Positions 1 to 10,037 of a DNA stretch of 64,000 nt are shown piece by piece. This DNA comes from Bacteroidia bacterium (lineage in GTDB: Bacteria > Bacteroidota > Bacteroidia > NS11-12g > UBA9320). The notes below the pieces were generated by a model. That model searched no databases and was not told where the DNA came from. It saw only the letters and a list, made by a program, of their open reading frames with translations. The translations under genes were made by a program, and so were the position numbers. The stretch lies in assembly GCA_965216465.1 (NCBI GenBank), contig CBDCFW010000006.1:128001-192000 (forward strand). The letters are read 5' to 3'. The stretch's first letter is position 1. Every line of letters starts with the position of its first letter.

Positions 1-1
1 T

Positions 2-988
2 TCATACTTAACAGATCAATTCGGAAGAGTTCACGACTACTTAAGAATTTCGCTAACCGAACATTGCAACTTGCGATGCTTTTATTGTATGCCAGAAGAA
101 GGATTAGCAATTCGCAACAAGGAGACTTATCTAACGGCCGATGAAATAATCAAAACTGCTAAGGCTCTAACTCAAATTGGTGTAAACAAAATTCGTTTGA
201 CTGGCGGCGAACCTTTAATCCGTAAAGAGTTCAAAGAAATTACCCAAGAACTTGCTAAACTTCCAATTGAATTGGCCCTAACTACAAACGGAATTTTAGT
301 ACACAAGTATATTGATTTCTTTAAGTCAATCGGACTCACCAACATTAATGTTAGCCTCGATTCACTTGATCCCGATAAAAACCTGCTTATAACCAAGAGG
401 GATTATTTTAAGCAAATAAGAGAAAATATCGCATTGCTAGTCGAGAATGGCATCGTTCCAAAACTTAATGTGGTAGTGATGAGAAATATCAACGACGATG
501 AAATTGTTGATTTTATTGAATTAAGTAAAATGTCTTCAATTGACGTTCGATTTATCGAATTTATGCCGTTCAATGGCAATAAATGGACATTAGATAAGTG
601 CTTCTCTTATCAAGAAATCTTGGATGTAGTTCTAAATCATTATGGTCAAAATAGCTTTGAAGAAATTATTGCTGGACCACATAGCACGTCTCGAAATTTT
701 AAAATCAAGAACTACCAAGGAAGTTTTGGAATTATCAGTTCTATAACCAAGCCTTTTTGTGAGGGATGCAATCGAATACGGCTAACGGCAGACGGAAAAC
801 TTAAAAATTGCTTGTTCGCCAGTTCCGAGTTTGATGTGCTTACTCCTCTTCGCAATGGAGAATCAATTTTGCCTGTGCTTAAAGATTGCCTTAAAGACAA
901 AAAAGCAGTTCGAGCAGGAATCGCTGCCGAAGACAAAAACATAGCCATGCTTGAAGAAAACAGAAGCATGATATCAATTGGCGGTTAG
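2..988 (+). CDS. moaA: GTP 3',8-cyclase MoaA (radical SAM), 5'-truncated by window edge
   Basis: Frame is open from base 2 (SYLTDQFGRVHDYLRISLTEHCNLRCFYCMP), giving CxxxCxxC. Also RLTGGEP, C-terminal CEGCNRIRLTADGKLKNCL cluster motif and terminal MISIGG. Confidence 0.95.
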   Translation, partial: SYLTDQFGRVHDYLRISLTEHCNLRCFYCMPEEGLAIRNKETYLTADEIIKTAKALTQIGVNKIRLTGGEPLIRKEFKEITQELAKLPIELALTTNGILVHKYIDFFKSIGLTNINVSLDSLDPDKNLLITKRDYFKQIRENIALLVENGIVPKLNVVVMRNINDDEIVDFIELSKMSSIDVRFIEFMPFNGNKWTLDKCFSYQEILDVVLNHYGQNSFEEIIAGPHSTSRNFKIKNYQGSFGIISSITKPFCEGCNRIRLTADGKLKNCLFASSEFDVLTPLRNGESILPVLKDCLKDKKAVRAGIAAEDKNIAMLEENRSMISIGG

Positions 989-1069
989 CACTTTAACATT
1001 CTTAAGGTGAATAACTATTAACTTCATTATGGCCTTTTTTAGGTCTGATTGATGTACTTTAGCTTTTAT

Positions 1070-3490
1070 ATGAAGCATTTTCTGTCTCTTTCATTAAGCA
1101 TTTTATTATCAATTTCTCTAGCCTTCGGTCAAGATGGACAAAACATTAAAGGACGAATTCTTGATGCAGATTCCAAGGCTCCTCTGATTGGTGCAACGGT
1201 TAAGGTAATGAGCGGTGGTGGTGCAATTACAGATGAAGAAGGCTTCTTCAAAGTTGCTAATCTTCAGGTAGGCCGATATACGCTAGAAATCACCTATTCA
1301 GGGTACGAGAGCTTAACTTTACCCAATATTGAGGTTACAAGCGGGAAAGAAACATTTCTCCCAATTGAACTAACTGAGCAGGCAACTGGATTAAAGACAA
1401 TTGTGGTTAGCAGCACCAAACGGATTGGCAGTTATAATGACATGGCAACCCTAAGTAGCCGGACTTTTAATGCGAAAGAAGCAGAACGTTATCCTGGGAG
1501 TAGACAAGATCCTGCAAGAATGGCGAGTAATTATGCAGGAGTTCAAGGCACGGATGACAGCCGGAATGATATCGTAGTTAGGGGCAACTCTCCGCTTGGT
1601 TTGCTTTGGAGATTTGAAGGAGTTGATATTCCAAACCCAAGTCACTTTTCTATCGCAGGATCAACAGGTGGACCATTGTCGATTTTAAACAATAAGGTAA
1701 TAGGACATTCTGATTTCATGACTGGGGCATTCCCAGGAGAATATGGTAATGCGTTAAGTGGAGTTTTTGATATTCGAATGCGGTCCGGAAATAGAGAAAA
1801 AAGAGAACATACGGCTCAAATAGGGGTCTTGGGTGTCGAACTTATGAGTGAAGGCCCTATTAATAAAGAAAAAGGAAGTAGCTACATTGCAACTTACAGG
1901 TATTCAACCTTTGCCGTATTTGAAGCAATAAACTTTCGCCTAGGTACAGATGCTGTGCCCAAATACCAAGATGCTTCGTTTAAATTGAACTTCCCTATGA
2001 AAAATAATAGCAACTTTTCTGTTTGGGGAATCGGAGGGTTGTCTGACATTGATATTGTTTTTAACGATGATACCGTACCAACAAATGACCTTTATGGCGA
2101 AAATGACAGAGACCAGTACTTTACTACCAATATGTTTACGGTTGGAGCCACTTACAATCGCTATTTCAAAAATGATTGGTCGAGTAAGTTGATAATCGCT
2201 CAATCGGGTCAAGAAATTACAGCAGACCACGACTTCATTATTTGGGATTCGGCATCAGCAGTTCAAGGAATTTTAAAATTAGACAGTTTGTATCCTGTAC
2301 TTCGGTCTAGAATGTATGAAGGAAAAACCGCTTTGCATTGGGCTTTAAATAAAAAATTCAGTGCAAGAAGTCGTTTAAAAATGGGCGTAATGGCAGACCT
2401 TTTTCAGGTAAATTATATCGACAGTTCAACAAACGAATATGTAGAAGATTGGAAAACAAAACTCGATGCTAAAGACCAAAGCCTTATGCTACGTTTGTAT
2501 GCATCCCACAAATATCGGCTCATGTCTAATTTAACCATGAATAGCGGTTTGCACATTCTTCATTACGACCAATCAGACCAAATTAGTATTGAACCGCGAT
2601 TGGGCTTCAAACTAACACTGAATGACAAGTCAAGTGCATCAATCGGCTATGGATTACATAGCAGAATGCAGCCGATGTATGTGTACTATTATCGTTTTCA
2701 AGACACATCACGCAACGGAGCAAATTCAACCTTCGATGCACACAATAACAATATTGGCTTAACCAAAAGTCATCACATCATTGGTGCATTTGACCACTCG
2801 ATCAACAAAACACTACGCTTAAAAATCGAAGCGTATTACCAATACCTTTATGAAATTCCTGTTGAGCAAAGAGGAGGATCATTTAGTTTGATTAATCAAG
2901 GTAGTGGCTTTACCCGTTTCTTCCCAGATGTTCTTGAAAATACTGGAACGGGTCAAAACTATGGAACCGAAATAACGGTAGAGAAATTCTTCAGCCAAAA
3001 ATTCTTCTTCCTTGCCAGTGGGTCTTTATTTAACTCTGTATACAAAGGCAAAGATGGAATTAGCCGTAATACAGACTTCAACGGGAATTACATCGTAAAC
3101 ATTCTTGGCGGATACGAAAAACCAATCGGAAAATCTCAGAAAAACGCCATTACAATAGGATCTAAAGTAACTTATGGTGGAGGTCGCAGATATTCTCCGG
3201 TAGATAGTGCTGCTACCGCCAACGATGGCATTTATGTCCATTTTGTCGACTCAGAAAGAAACTCACTTCAATTTCCCAATTATTTTAGATGGGACATAAA
3301 ACTCGGTTTAAAAATTAACGGTGATAAAGCTACCCATGAACTGGCAATTGATCTTCTAAATGTGACCAATCATGAGAATTTACTAACCGTCGTGTTCGCA
3401 AATGATCCAGACAATCCGGGAAGCAAAAGATTAATCGAACAACCTCAACTGGCTTTCTTGCCACTGCTATATTACAAGGTTGATTTCTAA
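1070..3490 (+). CDS. TonB-dependent outer-membrane receptor with N-terminal carboxypeptidase-regulatory-like domain
   Basis: Signal peptide from ATG 1070. IKGRILDADSKAPLIGATV domain, plug motif RNDIVVRGNSP...EGVDIPNPSH, C-terminal aromatic residue (YKVDF). Confidence 0.85.
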   Translation: MKHFLSLSLSILLSISLAFGQDGQNIKGRILDADSKAPLIGATVKVMSGGGAITDEEGFFKVANLQVGRYTLEITYSGYESLTLPNIEVTSGKETFLPIELTEQATGLKTIVVSSTKRIGSYNDMATLSSRTFNAKEAERYPGSRQDPARMASNYAGVQGTDDSRNDIVVRGNSPLGLLWRFEGVDIPNPSHFSIAGSTGGPLSILNNKVIGHSDFMTGAFPGEYGNALSGVFDIRMRSGNREKREHTAQIGVLGVELMSEGPINKEKGSSYIATYRYSTFAVFEAINFRLGTDAVPKYQDASFKLNFPMKNNSNFSVWGIGGLSDIDIVFNDDTVPTNDLYGENDRDQYFTTNMFTVGATYNRYFKNDWSSKLIIAQSGQEITADHDFIIWDSASAVQGILKLDSLYPVLRSRMYEGKTALHWALNKKFSARSRLKMGVMADLFQVNYIDSSTNEYVEDWKTKLDAKDQSLMLRLYASHKYRLMSNLTMNSGLHILHYDQSDQISIEPRLGFKLTLNDKSSASIGYGLHSRMQPMYVYYYRFQDTSRNGANSTFDAHNNNIGLTKSHHIIGAFDHSINKTLRLKIEAYYQYLYEIPVEQRGGSFSLINQGSGFTRFFPDVLENTGTGQNYGTEITVEKFFSQKFFFLASGSLFNSVYKGKDGISRNTDFNGNYIVNILGGYEKPIGKSQKNAITIGSKVTYGGGRRYSPVDSAATANDGIYVHFVDSERNSLQFPNYFRWDIKLGLKINGDKATHELAIDLLNVTNHENLLTVVFANDPDNPGSKRLIEQPQLAFLPLLYYKVDF

Positions 3491-4214
3491 TAAATTTCTG
3501 GTCATTGTGGCACTGAGCTTATGCTTTTTAGGCTGCCAACAAAATACTAATACTTGGTCTAAACAACTGTTTAAAAATGACAAGTTGGTTATTGATATTG
3601 CTTACGAATCGAAGGCCGCTCCCTACAAAAACTATGGTGACACACTCGCCAGTGTATTTACAATCACCAGTTTAAATGAGCTGCTTAAAAATCATGAAAT
3701 AAAAGTACAATATCCGTCGGATTCGGCGATGATAAACCTAGATTGGATTACGGAACGGAACTACACCAAATCAGACATTAAAAATTTGGCCAACCGAATT
3801 GTTAATCGACCTCCCCAAGTGTCTCAGATTAAATTGTTGTTTCTTAATGGGTATTACACCCAAGAAAACAGGGTGCAAAAAGATGTTTTGGGAATTAATA
3901 TTGACAACACTTCGATCGTAGCAATATTTAAACCTGTAGTACAAACATCGTCTCAAAACAGACAAATTAGAACTTTGATAGAGCAATGTACCATAACCCA
4001 CGAAATTGGCCATGCAATAGGCTTGGTAAACACTAAGATTAAAGAACAGAGCAAACATTCTATAATTAAAAATGGTGCCCATTGCACAAATTCTAACTGT
4101 GTTATGTACTGGCAAAACAATGAGGCTGCTGTGCTAAACTTCATTCGTCAAGATAATAGGTCACCTTTTAATCTCTTTGGTGAACAATGTATGATAGATG
4201 TTAAAGAAAAATAA
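3480..4214 (+). CDS. Putative lipoprotein zinc metalloprotease (zincin)
   Basis: Lipobox-like FLGC. HEIGHAIGL zinc motif followed by HCTNSNCVM. Confidence 0.7.
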   Translation: MISNKFLVIVALSLCFLGCQQNTNTWSKQLFKNDKLVIDIAYESKAAPYKNYGDTLASVFTITSLNELLKNHEIKVQYPSDSAMINLDWITERNYTKSDIKNLANRIVNRPPQVSQIKLLFLNGYYTQENRVQKDVLGINIDNTSIVAIFKPVVQTSSQNRQIRTLIEQCTITHEIGHAIGLVNTKIKEQSKHSIIKNGAHCTNSNCVMYWQNNEAAVLNFIRQDNRSPFNLFGEQCMIDVKEK

Positions 4215-4239
4215 GGATATATTTGACTCTATAATTACT

Positions 4240-6384
4240 ATGAATAAAACATTACTTCCCCTTTTACTCTTCGTCACCACAACAACCCTAGGTCAGACGA
4301 TTGAAAACTTTGACAGATTGGTATCAAAAGGTCCAATTCCTGCATTATTTACAGATTATCTTGAATCGAAGATTGAGGATGACAACAAGAAAATGGAAGG
4401 TGACAAGACCATTTCACGTGAGAACGCCAAAGATTTTGCGGCAATCACTAATTACAAATTACAACAGTTGATTCAAGGTGGAAGAGTCTTGTATGGCGAT
4501 CCGCTAACCGAATACGCAAATCGAGTTTTTGACAAGTTAGCCGAAGCGAGTGATGAAGACCTTAGTGATATAGAAATTTACACCTTAAAATCGAATGAAG
4601 TTAATGCCTTTGCAACACACCAAGGGGTGATTTTTATTACCGTCGGTTTATTTGGTCAAATTGAGAATGAGGCTCAGCTTGCTTACATTTTAGCTCATGA
4701 AGCTAGTCATGTTAGTGAAAAACATAATCAGCTTACCTACCAGCATACTAGTGACTTGGTTCGCAAGGGAAGATATGGAGATGGAAGTATTTCAGAATAC
4801 TATCGTTATTCTAAAGACAACGAAGAGGAAGCAGATTCAAAGGGATTTAGGCTAGCTCTAAAAGCTGGTTACGATGCGAATGAAATTTTCAATTCGTTCA
4901 ATGTTCTTTTGTATTCTTACCTACCAATCGATGAAAAAGAAGTAGATTTTTCATGGCTTGAAACAGACTATTTTAAAATAGTTGAAAAGTACTACTTAGA
5001 AGAAGTAAAAGATATTGTACCAGAAGAGGATGTCGATGACCAGTTTCACACTCATCCAAACATTAGTACAAGAAAAGATAACGTAAGTGCATTGCATCGA
5101 GCAAACAAAGACAAAGAGGGGGAAATTTATATAGCAGGAACCGAAGAAGAGTTCAAAACAACTCGAACCTTAGCTCGCTTTGAAATGATGAATATCTTTA
5201 TTCGTCAAGGGGAATTTATCGACGGGTTATACCACAATCTAATTTTGAGCGAATCTCACCCCAATAATGAATACTTAGCAAAAACCCGTGCTATGACATG
5301 GTATGGGAACATTGCTCACAATAACAGTTCGAACGGCACAGTTTTCAGCACAAATTACCGAAAGAAAGAAGGAGAAATACAACGCTTGTATTACTTCTTC
5401 AATAAGCTAAAAGATAAAGACCTTTCGGTGCTTGCGGTAAAACAAATTTGGGAGGAAAGCTTGAATCGACCAGATGACGAATTCCTTAAGCGTATTCGAC
5501 AAGAAGCACTTGAAGAGTTCTTACTTTTTGATGACCATGAACTAAAGTTCTTTGCAAGCGAGCCTCCAAAGAAAGCAGCGATCGATACATCTGAAAAGAA
5601 AGAGCTTAGCAAGTATGACAAAATCGCTAAAAAAAGGAAGTCTAAAACTACCACAGGTCTTACTTACTATGCATTAATGGACCTCCTCGCTAACAATGAG
5701 TTTTTGGAAGCATATGATTTAGCTAAAGAAACAGTTAACGATGAAGAAGAAGAGAAGGAAGAAATTGAAGCTTATTACAAGCCTCAAGAGATTAATTTAG
5801 ACATTACTAACCTAATTATGGTCGCTCCAAATTTCTATAAGTCGGACGACCGAAAATCGGTAAATAAACTAGTTAGCAAGAATGATCTAAATGAAACGAA
5901 ACTAATTGAACTGGTTGAAGAAAATGCAGATCAACTTGGCATCAAACTTAACTATATAGACAACTTTAAAGATCCAAATTTTGACACCGAAGCATACAAT
6001 GAATTTAGTTTGTTGTTTGACTACTTAGGTGAACGAGCTAAATATTCGGATTTTGATTATTATCCGTACTATGCCCAATATATTCCAGAAATCACTTCAA
6101 AATATGGTTCAAAACATATTGGCGTGCTTGGCATATTTACTGAAATAGAAAAAAGAGAATTTAATGGCCAAGCTATGGTTCTTTCAATGTTTACACTATA
6201 CTTATTCCCGGTTTATCTTAAATGGCAACTTACACCAGATAAGTACACAGATTACGGTTTTTATATTTACAATTTAGAAACTCATAATCCTTCTTTTATA
6301 AGCAATAAGTCGTTCAATGCTAATATGAACATCCATTTACAAAACGCTCATATTTACAACTCATTAAATCAAATCACGAAATAA
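4240..6384 (+). CDS. M48 family metallopeptidase with long C-terminal extension
   Basis: NAFAT...EAQLAYILAHEASH, E-x-EAD and HTHP motifs. Signal peptide from ATG 4240, which lies downstream of TATATTTG at 4218-4225. Confidence 0.8.
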   Translation: MNKTLLPLLLFVTTTTLGQTIENFDRLVSKGPIPALFTDYLESKIEDDNKKMEGDKTISRENAKDFAAITNYKLQQLIQGGRVLYGDPLTEYANRVFDKLAEASDEDLSDIEIYTLKSNEVNAFATHQGVIFITVGLFGQIENEAQLAYILAHEASHVSEKHNQLTYQHTSDLVRKGRYGDGSISEYYRYSKDNEEEADSKGFRLALKAGYDANEIFNSFNVLLYSYLPIDEKEVDFSWLETDYFKIVEKYYLEEVKDIVPEEDVDDQFHTHPNISTRKDNVSALHRANKDKEGEIYIAGTEEEFKTTRTLARFEMMNIFIRQGEFIDGLYHNLILSESHPNNEYLAKTRAMTWYGNIAHNNSSNGTVFSTNYRKKEGEIQRLYYFFNKLKDKDLSVLAVKQIWEESLNRPDDEFLKRIRQEALEEFLLFDDHELKFFASEPPKKAAIDTSEKKELSKYDKIAKKRKSKTTTGLTYYALMDLLANNEFLEAYDLAKETVNDEEEEKEEIEAYYKPQEINLDITNLIMVAPNFYKSDDRKSVNKLVSKNDLNETKLIELVEENADQLGIKLNYIDNFKDPNFDTEAYNEFSLLFDYLGERAKYSDFDYYPYYAQYIPEITSKYGSKHIGVLGIFTEIEKREFNGQAMVLSMFTLYLFPVYLKWQLTPDKYTDYGFYIYNLETHNPSFISNKSFNANMNIHLQNAHIYNSLNQITK

Positions 6385-6385
6385 T

Positions 6386-7183
6386 ATGAGAACTTTAACC
6401 ATTGCACTTTTAATGATCTTAAGTTTGAGTTCTTTTGGTCAATTAGTAGATTTTAAAGAAAAAAACTCATTTTATCTCGGATATAGGGGAGCACTATCTT
6501 TTGGTCTCGTTAATCAGGTTGGTAGCATCCCAATGTTTAGCCCATCCGAACGTGACGGTTTGAACATACATTATAACGTTCACCCACGACTCGATTACAT
6601 ATTCGCATTAACAAACTCTCTAAGTCTCAAAGCTCATGCCAGTGTTGGAATGACTTCAAGATACAAAGATCACTCTGGACGTGCGGAAAGCTTCGAAAAC
6701 AATTTTTCTTATCAATATGAAACTGGCAAACCGAGATATGTTCATAGTAAAGTCGGTTTGCAAATAAATTGGTTTCTTTATGGAAAAGGTTCTATTGCTC
6801 CTGTTGGCTCATATATAGGTCTGGGCTTTGCTCGAAGATTTACTACAGGGTTTCATAAAGACATGACCCTAGCAACAAACAGTTATTTAAGCAACCCCGT
6901 ACCTGATGATGTAGTAGACATTTCTAACTATCAGTTTGCTGCCGTGACCAATCGCATAAACCTCCAATTCGGGTCTCGTGAAATGATTACTAGAAAAGTG
7001 TTTTATGACTTGTGTTTAGACATTGGGTTTAATTATCAACCCGTTTCGGAATACCTCGATTATGAGTCAAACGCAACAACTCAAGAAAACATATTGGATT
7101 TACTGGAAGAAAGGTGGTACGAATCACACCGATTTAAGGATGTGGCAACAATAAATGTTGGAATTGGTTGCTTTATTCATTAA
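6386..7183 (+). CDS. Putative outer-membrane beta-barrel protein (paralogue 1)
   Basis: Signal peptide, alternating beta-strand pattern, SIAPVGSYIGLG motif, C-terminal INVGIGCFIH. Confidence 0.55.
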   Translation: MRTLTIALLMILSLSSFGQLVDFKEKNSFYLGYRGALSFGLVNQVGSIPMFSPSERDGLNIHYNVHPRLDYIFALTNSLSLKAHASVGMTSRYKDHSGRAESFENNFSYQYETGKPRYVHSKVGLQINWFLYGKGSIAPVGSYIGLGFARRFTTGFHKDMTLATNSYLSNPVPDDVVDISNYQFAAVTNRINLQFGSREMITRKVFYDLCLDIGFNYQPVSEYLDYESNATTQENILDLLEERWYESHRFKDVATINVGIGCFIH

Positions 7184-7217
7184 GCCCGAATGCATCACCT
7201 ATGCAAACAAAAATGCT

Positions 7218-8075
7218 ATGAATCTTAAAGAGAATTTAAAATACTTCTGTCCAATTCTTTCTAAGAATATAAAGGCGATAACGCTAGCAACTATCCTCTT
7301 GTTAAATCTTCCCTTATTTGGACAAATGGTTGGGGTTAAAGAAAAAAACTCGTTCTACCTGGGCTACAGAGGTGCAATTTCAGTAGGTCTAGTAAATCAG
7401 CTTAGTGGGCAACCTAGGTCTAGTACCACACAAGAGAAAGACAGCAAATTGCATTTCAACTCTTACCCAAGATTAGACTACAATTTTGCCTTAACCAATA
7501 GGTTTAGTGTGCAAGCTCATTTCAGTGCAGCTAAGGTCTCCAGATACAACTCGACCAACTATTATGCATGGTATGATGGAGTCGAACTTCCCTGGTACCA
7601 ATATGAAATAGGACGACCTAAATATTCGGATCTTAAATACGGCGTACAGTTTAATTATTTCTTCAAAAGGTTAGCATCAATTGCTCCCGTTGGTACATAT
7701 GTCGGTGTGGGCTTTTCACAAAGGACAACAAAAGGAAGTCATCAAGCTATGCAATTAATGACCAATCATCACTATAATGGTAGATCTGTTGACCCTATAT
7801 TAGACCTTTCGGGATATGATATTAAAATGAACAATATCAGGATGAATTTTCAAGTTGGTACACGTGAATTGATTGGGGAAAGACTTTATTACGACTATAC
7901 GATTGATTTAGGTTTCACAGTGCATAATTCACTGTATACAAATACAAGTATTTATGAGATTCCAGAAACTCTTGAAGAAGGAATAAAAGACATGCTTGAA
8001 GACAGAATGGATGATTCTTATAAGTTTAGAGACGTTTTCACCTTCAACTTGGGCCTTGGTTATATCTTACACTAA
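7218..8075 (+). CDS. Putative outer-membrane beta-barrel protein (paralogue 2)
   Basis: Shares KEKNSFYLGYRGA, PRLDY and SIAPVG with the upstream ORF. C-terminal FNLGLGYILH. Start uncertain (7155 or 7218). Confidence 0.55.
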   Translation: MNLKENLKYFCPILSKNIKAITLATILLLNLPLFGQMVGVKEKNSFYLGYRGAISVGLVNQLSGQPRSSTTQEKDSKLHFNSYPRLDYNFALTNRFSVQAHFSAAKVSRYNSTNYYAWYDGVELPWYQYEIGRPKYSDLKYGVQFNYFFKRLASIAPVGTYVGVGFSQRTTKGSHQAMQLMTNHHYNGRSVDPILDLSGYDIKMNNIRMNFQVGTRELIGERLYYDYTIDLGFTVHNSLYTNTSIYEIPETLEEGIKDMLEDRMDDSYKFRDVFTFNLGLGYILH

Positions 8076-8828
8076 CTACCACTCCTTCTCTTCATACTCT
8101 CGTTTACAACGAATAATCTCGTAATAAAGCGTCAAGGCATCAACTTGATTGATATAACTCTGATGAAAACTACAAAAATCTAAGAAGCGTTCTAACTCAT
8201 CTTCTTCATACTCCGTTAGGGTTTTCACGACCACATCGTCAAACTTTCTCCCTGCAATGGAGTCTCTTCGGTTTTGTGCAAGCAGCTCCCGGTATTTCTG
8301 CCGTTCTTTTCCCGCCTTACTGTATCGTTCGTATAAATATGTAACCGGGCTTCCAAGAACAGCACCTCCTTGAGCACTACGATCAAGACCTATCAATTCC
8401 ATCTTCATTTCAATAATCTTCAATTTCTCTTTAACCTTTTCTTCATCAGATTTTCCCAAATCATTGGTTACAAACTTATTATCGAAGAAAACACGTGGCC
8501 CTAAAACCGAAAACTTAAACTCTTGAATTGTGTAAATACGAGGCGACAAATAGAATTTTACAGTGTCTTGATCAACATAGTCACCCGGACGAATAATAAG
8601 CGTATCGTAGGTCAAGTGGCTTACTGTTATTCGGTCACCTACATCATACCTAATCTCTACATAACCTTCAATATTGGTTAGTCTAGACTCATCATTTCCA
8701 TTAGTCACCTTAGCGTAGATAATCTTCTCACCATTCGTTACTGAACGGAACTGTGCCTTAAACATTCTGGTTTGTCCAAGACTAACTTGAAACAACCCTA
8801 GCACTATGAATATGAAGAGACCTCTCAC
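8076..8828 (-). CDS. Exported hypothetical protein, carboxypeptidase-regulatory-like N-terminal domain
   Basis: Signal peptide. TNIEGYVEI...GDRITVSHLTY pattern and SPVTYLYERYSKAGK, typical of this Bacteroidota family. Confidence 0.6.
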   Translation of the reverse strand: MRGLFIFIVLGLFQVSLGQTRMFKAQFRSVTNGEKIIYAKVTNGNDESRLTNIEGYVEIRYDVGDRITVSHLTYDTLIIRPGDYVDQDTVKFYLSPRIYTIQEFKFSVLGPRVFFDNKFVTNDLGKSDEEKVKEKLKIIEMKMELIGLDRSAQGGAVLGSPVTYLYERYSKAGKERQKYRELLAQNRRDSIAGRKFDDVVVKTLTEYEEDELERFLDFCSFHQSYINQVDALTLYYEIIRCKREYEEKEW

Positions 8829-8883
8829 TTTTGGTTATAAACGTACAAATCAAGCAAATAGTTACTTTAATTTGTAACTAATT

Positions 8884-9279
8884 ATGCAAAGATTACTTTT
8901 AATTTTAAGTATCGCTGTTCTTGCAGCAAATGGTTATTCTCAAAATATTAGACCATCAAAAATTGAACCAGATTCCAGCACCTTCGAAAATATTTATGTA
9001 AAGAAGTACGCTGAAGATAAAAACCAAAGCACGTTTATAATCTGGATTAAAAACGAAGTGAAGCCTCATTACCATAAATCTCACACAGAGTATGTTCAAA
9101 TTATATCGGGTAAAGGAGTCATGAAACTTAACGATCAGACGTTTAAGGTTAAAAAAGGAGACGCACTGTACATCAAACCAGGCAGCATTCATTCAGTACT
9201 TACGACATCAAGAAAACCACTTAAAGTTGTATCGGTTCAGGCACCAAAATTTGATGGAGATCGCATTATGGTGAAGTGA
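8884..9279 (+). CDS. Exported cupin-domain protein
   Basis: Cupin motifs PHYHKSHTE and GDALYIKPGSIH. Signal peptide. Confidence 0.8.
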   Translation: MQRLLLILSIAVLAANGYSQNIRPSKIEPDSSTFENIYVKKYAEDKNQSTFIIWIKNEVKPHYHKSHTEYVQIISGKGVMKLNDQTFKVKKGDALYIKPGSIHSVLTTSRKPLKVVSVQAPKFDGDRIMVK

Positions 9280-9292
9280 TTATCTTTGAAAT

Positions 9293-9682
9293 ATGACCTC
9301 TAACTCAAAATTACTTGTAGGCATCTTGTCCTTTATTCCATTTACAGGGTTAATTGTGTACCTTGTTTATTTCTTCTCATTTTTCTTTGGGGCTATTCTT
9401 CATGAGGAACCTCCTGCAGGTGACCCTGGTGAATTTGTTTTACAGTTTATTCCTCTTTTTATTATTCTAGGAATAACCAGTGTGGTCGGTCTTGGGATGT
9501 TTATCTACTTATTAATTTGTGCCATAAAAGATGTTTCCGCAACAGAAAACGACAAGATTCTTTGGATACTGCTCATCGTCTTTCTATCGTACCTAATCTT
9601 TCCGTTTTACTGGTACTTCAGAATTTGGAAAAATCCGGACTTCTCATTGAATAACTCCGTTAAAACCGATTACACCAATTAA
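9293..9682 (+). CDS. Small membrane protein
   Basis: Three hydrophobic segments, including KILWILLIVF...FYWYFRIW. TATCTTTG box 4 nt upstream. Confidence 0.65.
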   Translation: MTSNSKLLVGILSFIPFTGLIVYLVYFFSFFFGAILHEEPPAGDPGEFVLQFIPLFIILGITSVVGLGMFIYLLICAIKDVSATENDKILWILLIVFLSYLIFPFYWYFRIWKNPDFSLNNSVKTDYTN

Positions 9683-9734
9683 CATAATAGACTACATATA
9701 CAATCAAAAAGGAAGTCAGCACGAGCTTTTCTTA

Positions 9735-10016
9735 TTGTTACACAGCTTTATTGCCGAATACGAAGAATTAAAGCCTACAATCAAATATTCAATTCCATTC
9801 TATGTTCAAAACAAGCCAATTTGTTATATCAATCCACAAAAACCAATAGGTGTTGAGGTTGTTTTTTGGAAAGCAAAGGAAATGTCAATTGGTTCGGTAC
9901 TTGATTACAAAAAGAGGAAATGGTTTGGTGGAGTGACTTATAGAACTGTAAACGACATTGATTTCGAACTTCTAGACAAGCTAATTCGTGAAGGAATTGT
10001 ACTAGACAAAAAATAA
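9735..10016 (+). CDS. DUF1801-like protein (N-terminus possibly damaged)
   Basis: IKYSIPFY...ICYIN and D.ELLDKLIREGI resemble DUF1801/YdhG. An in-frame TAA at 9687 cuts a plausible upstream extension. Confidence 0.55.
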   Translation: MLHSFIAEYEELKPTIKYSIPFYVQNKPICYINPQKPIGVEVVFWKAKEMSIGSVLDYKKRKWFGGVTYRTVNDIDFELLDKLIREGIVLDKK

Positions 10017-10037
10017 AACCTAATGTAAATTTGCCTT

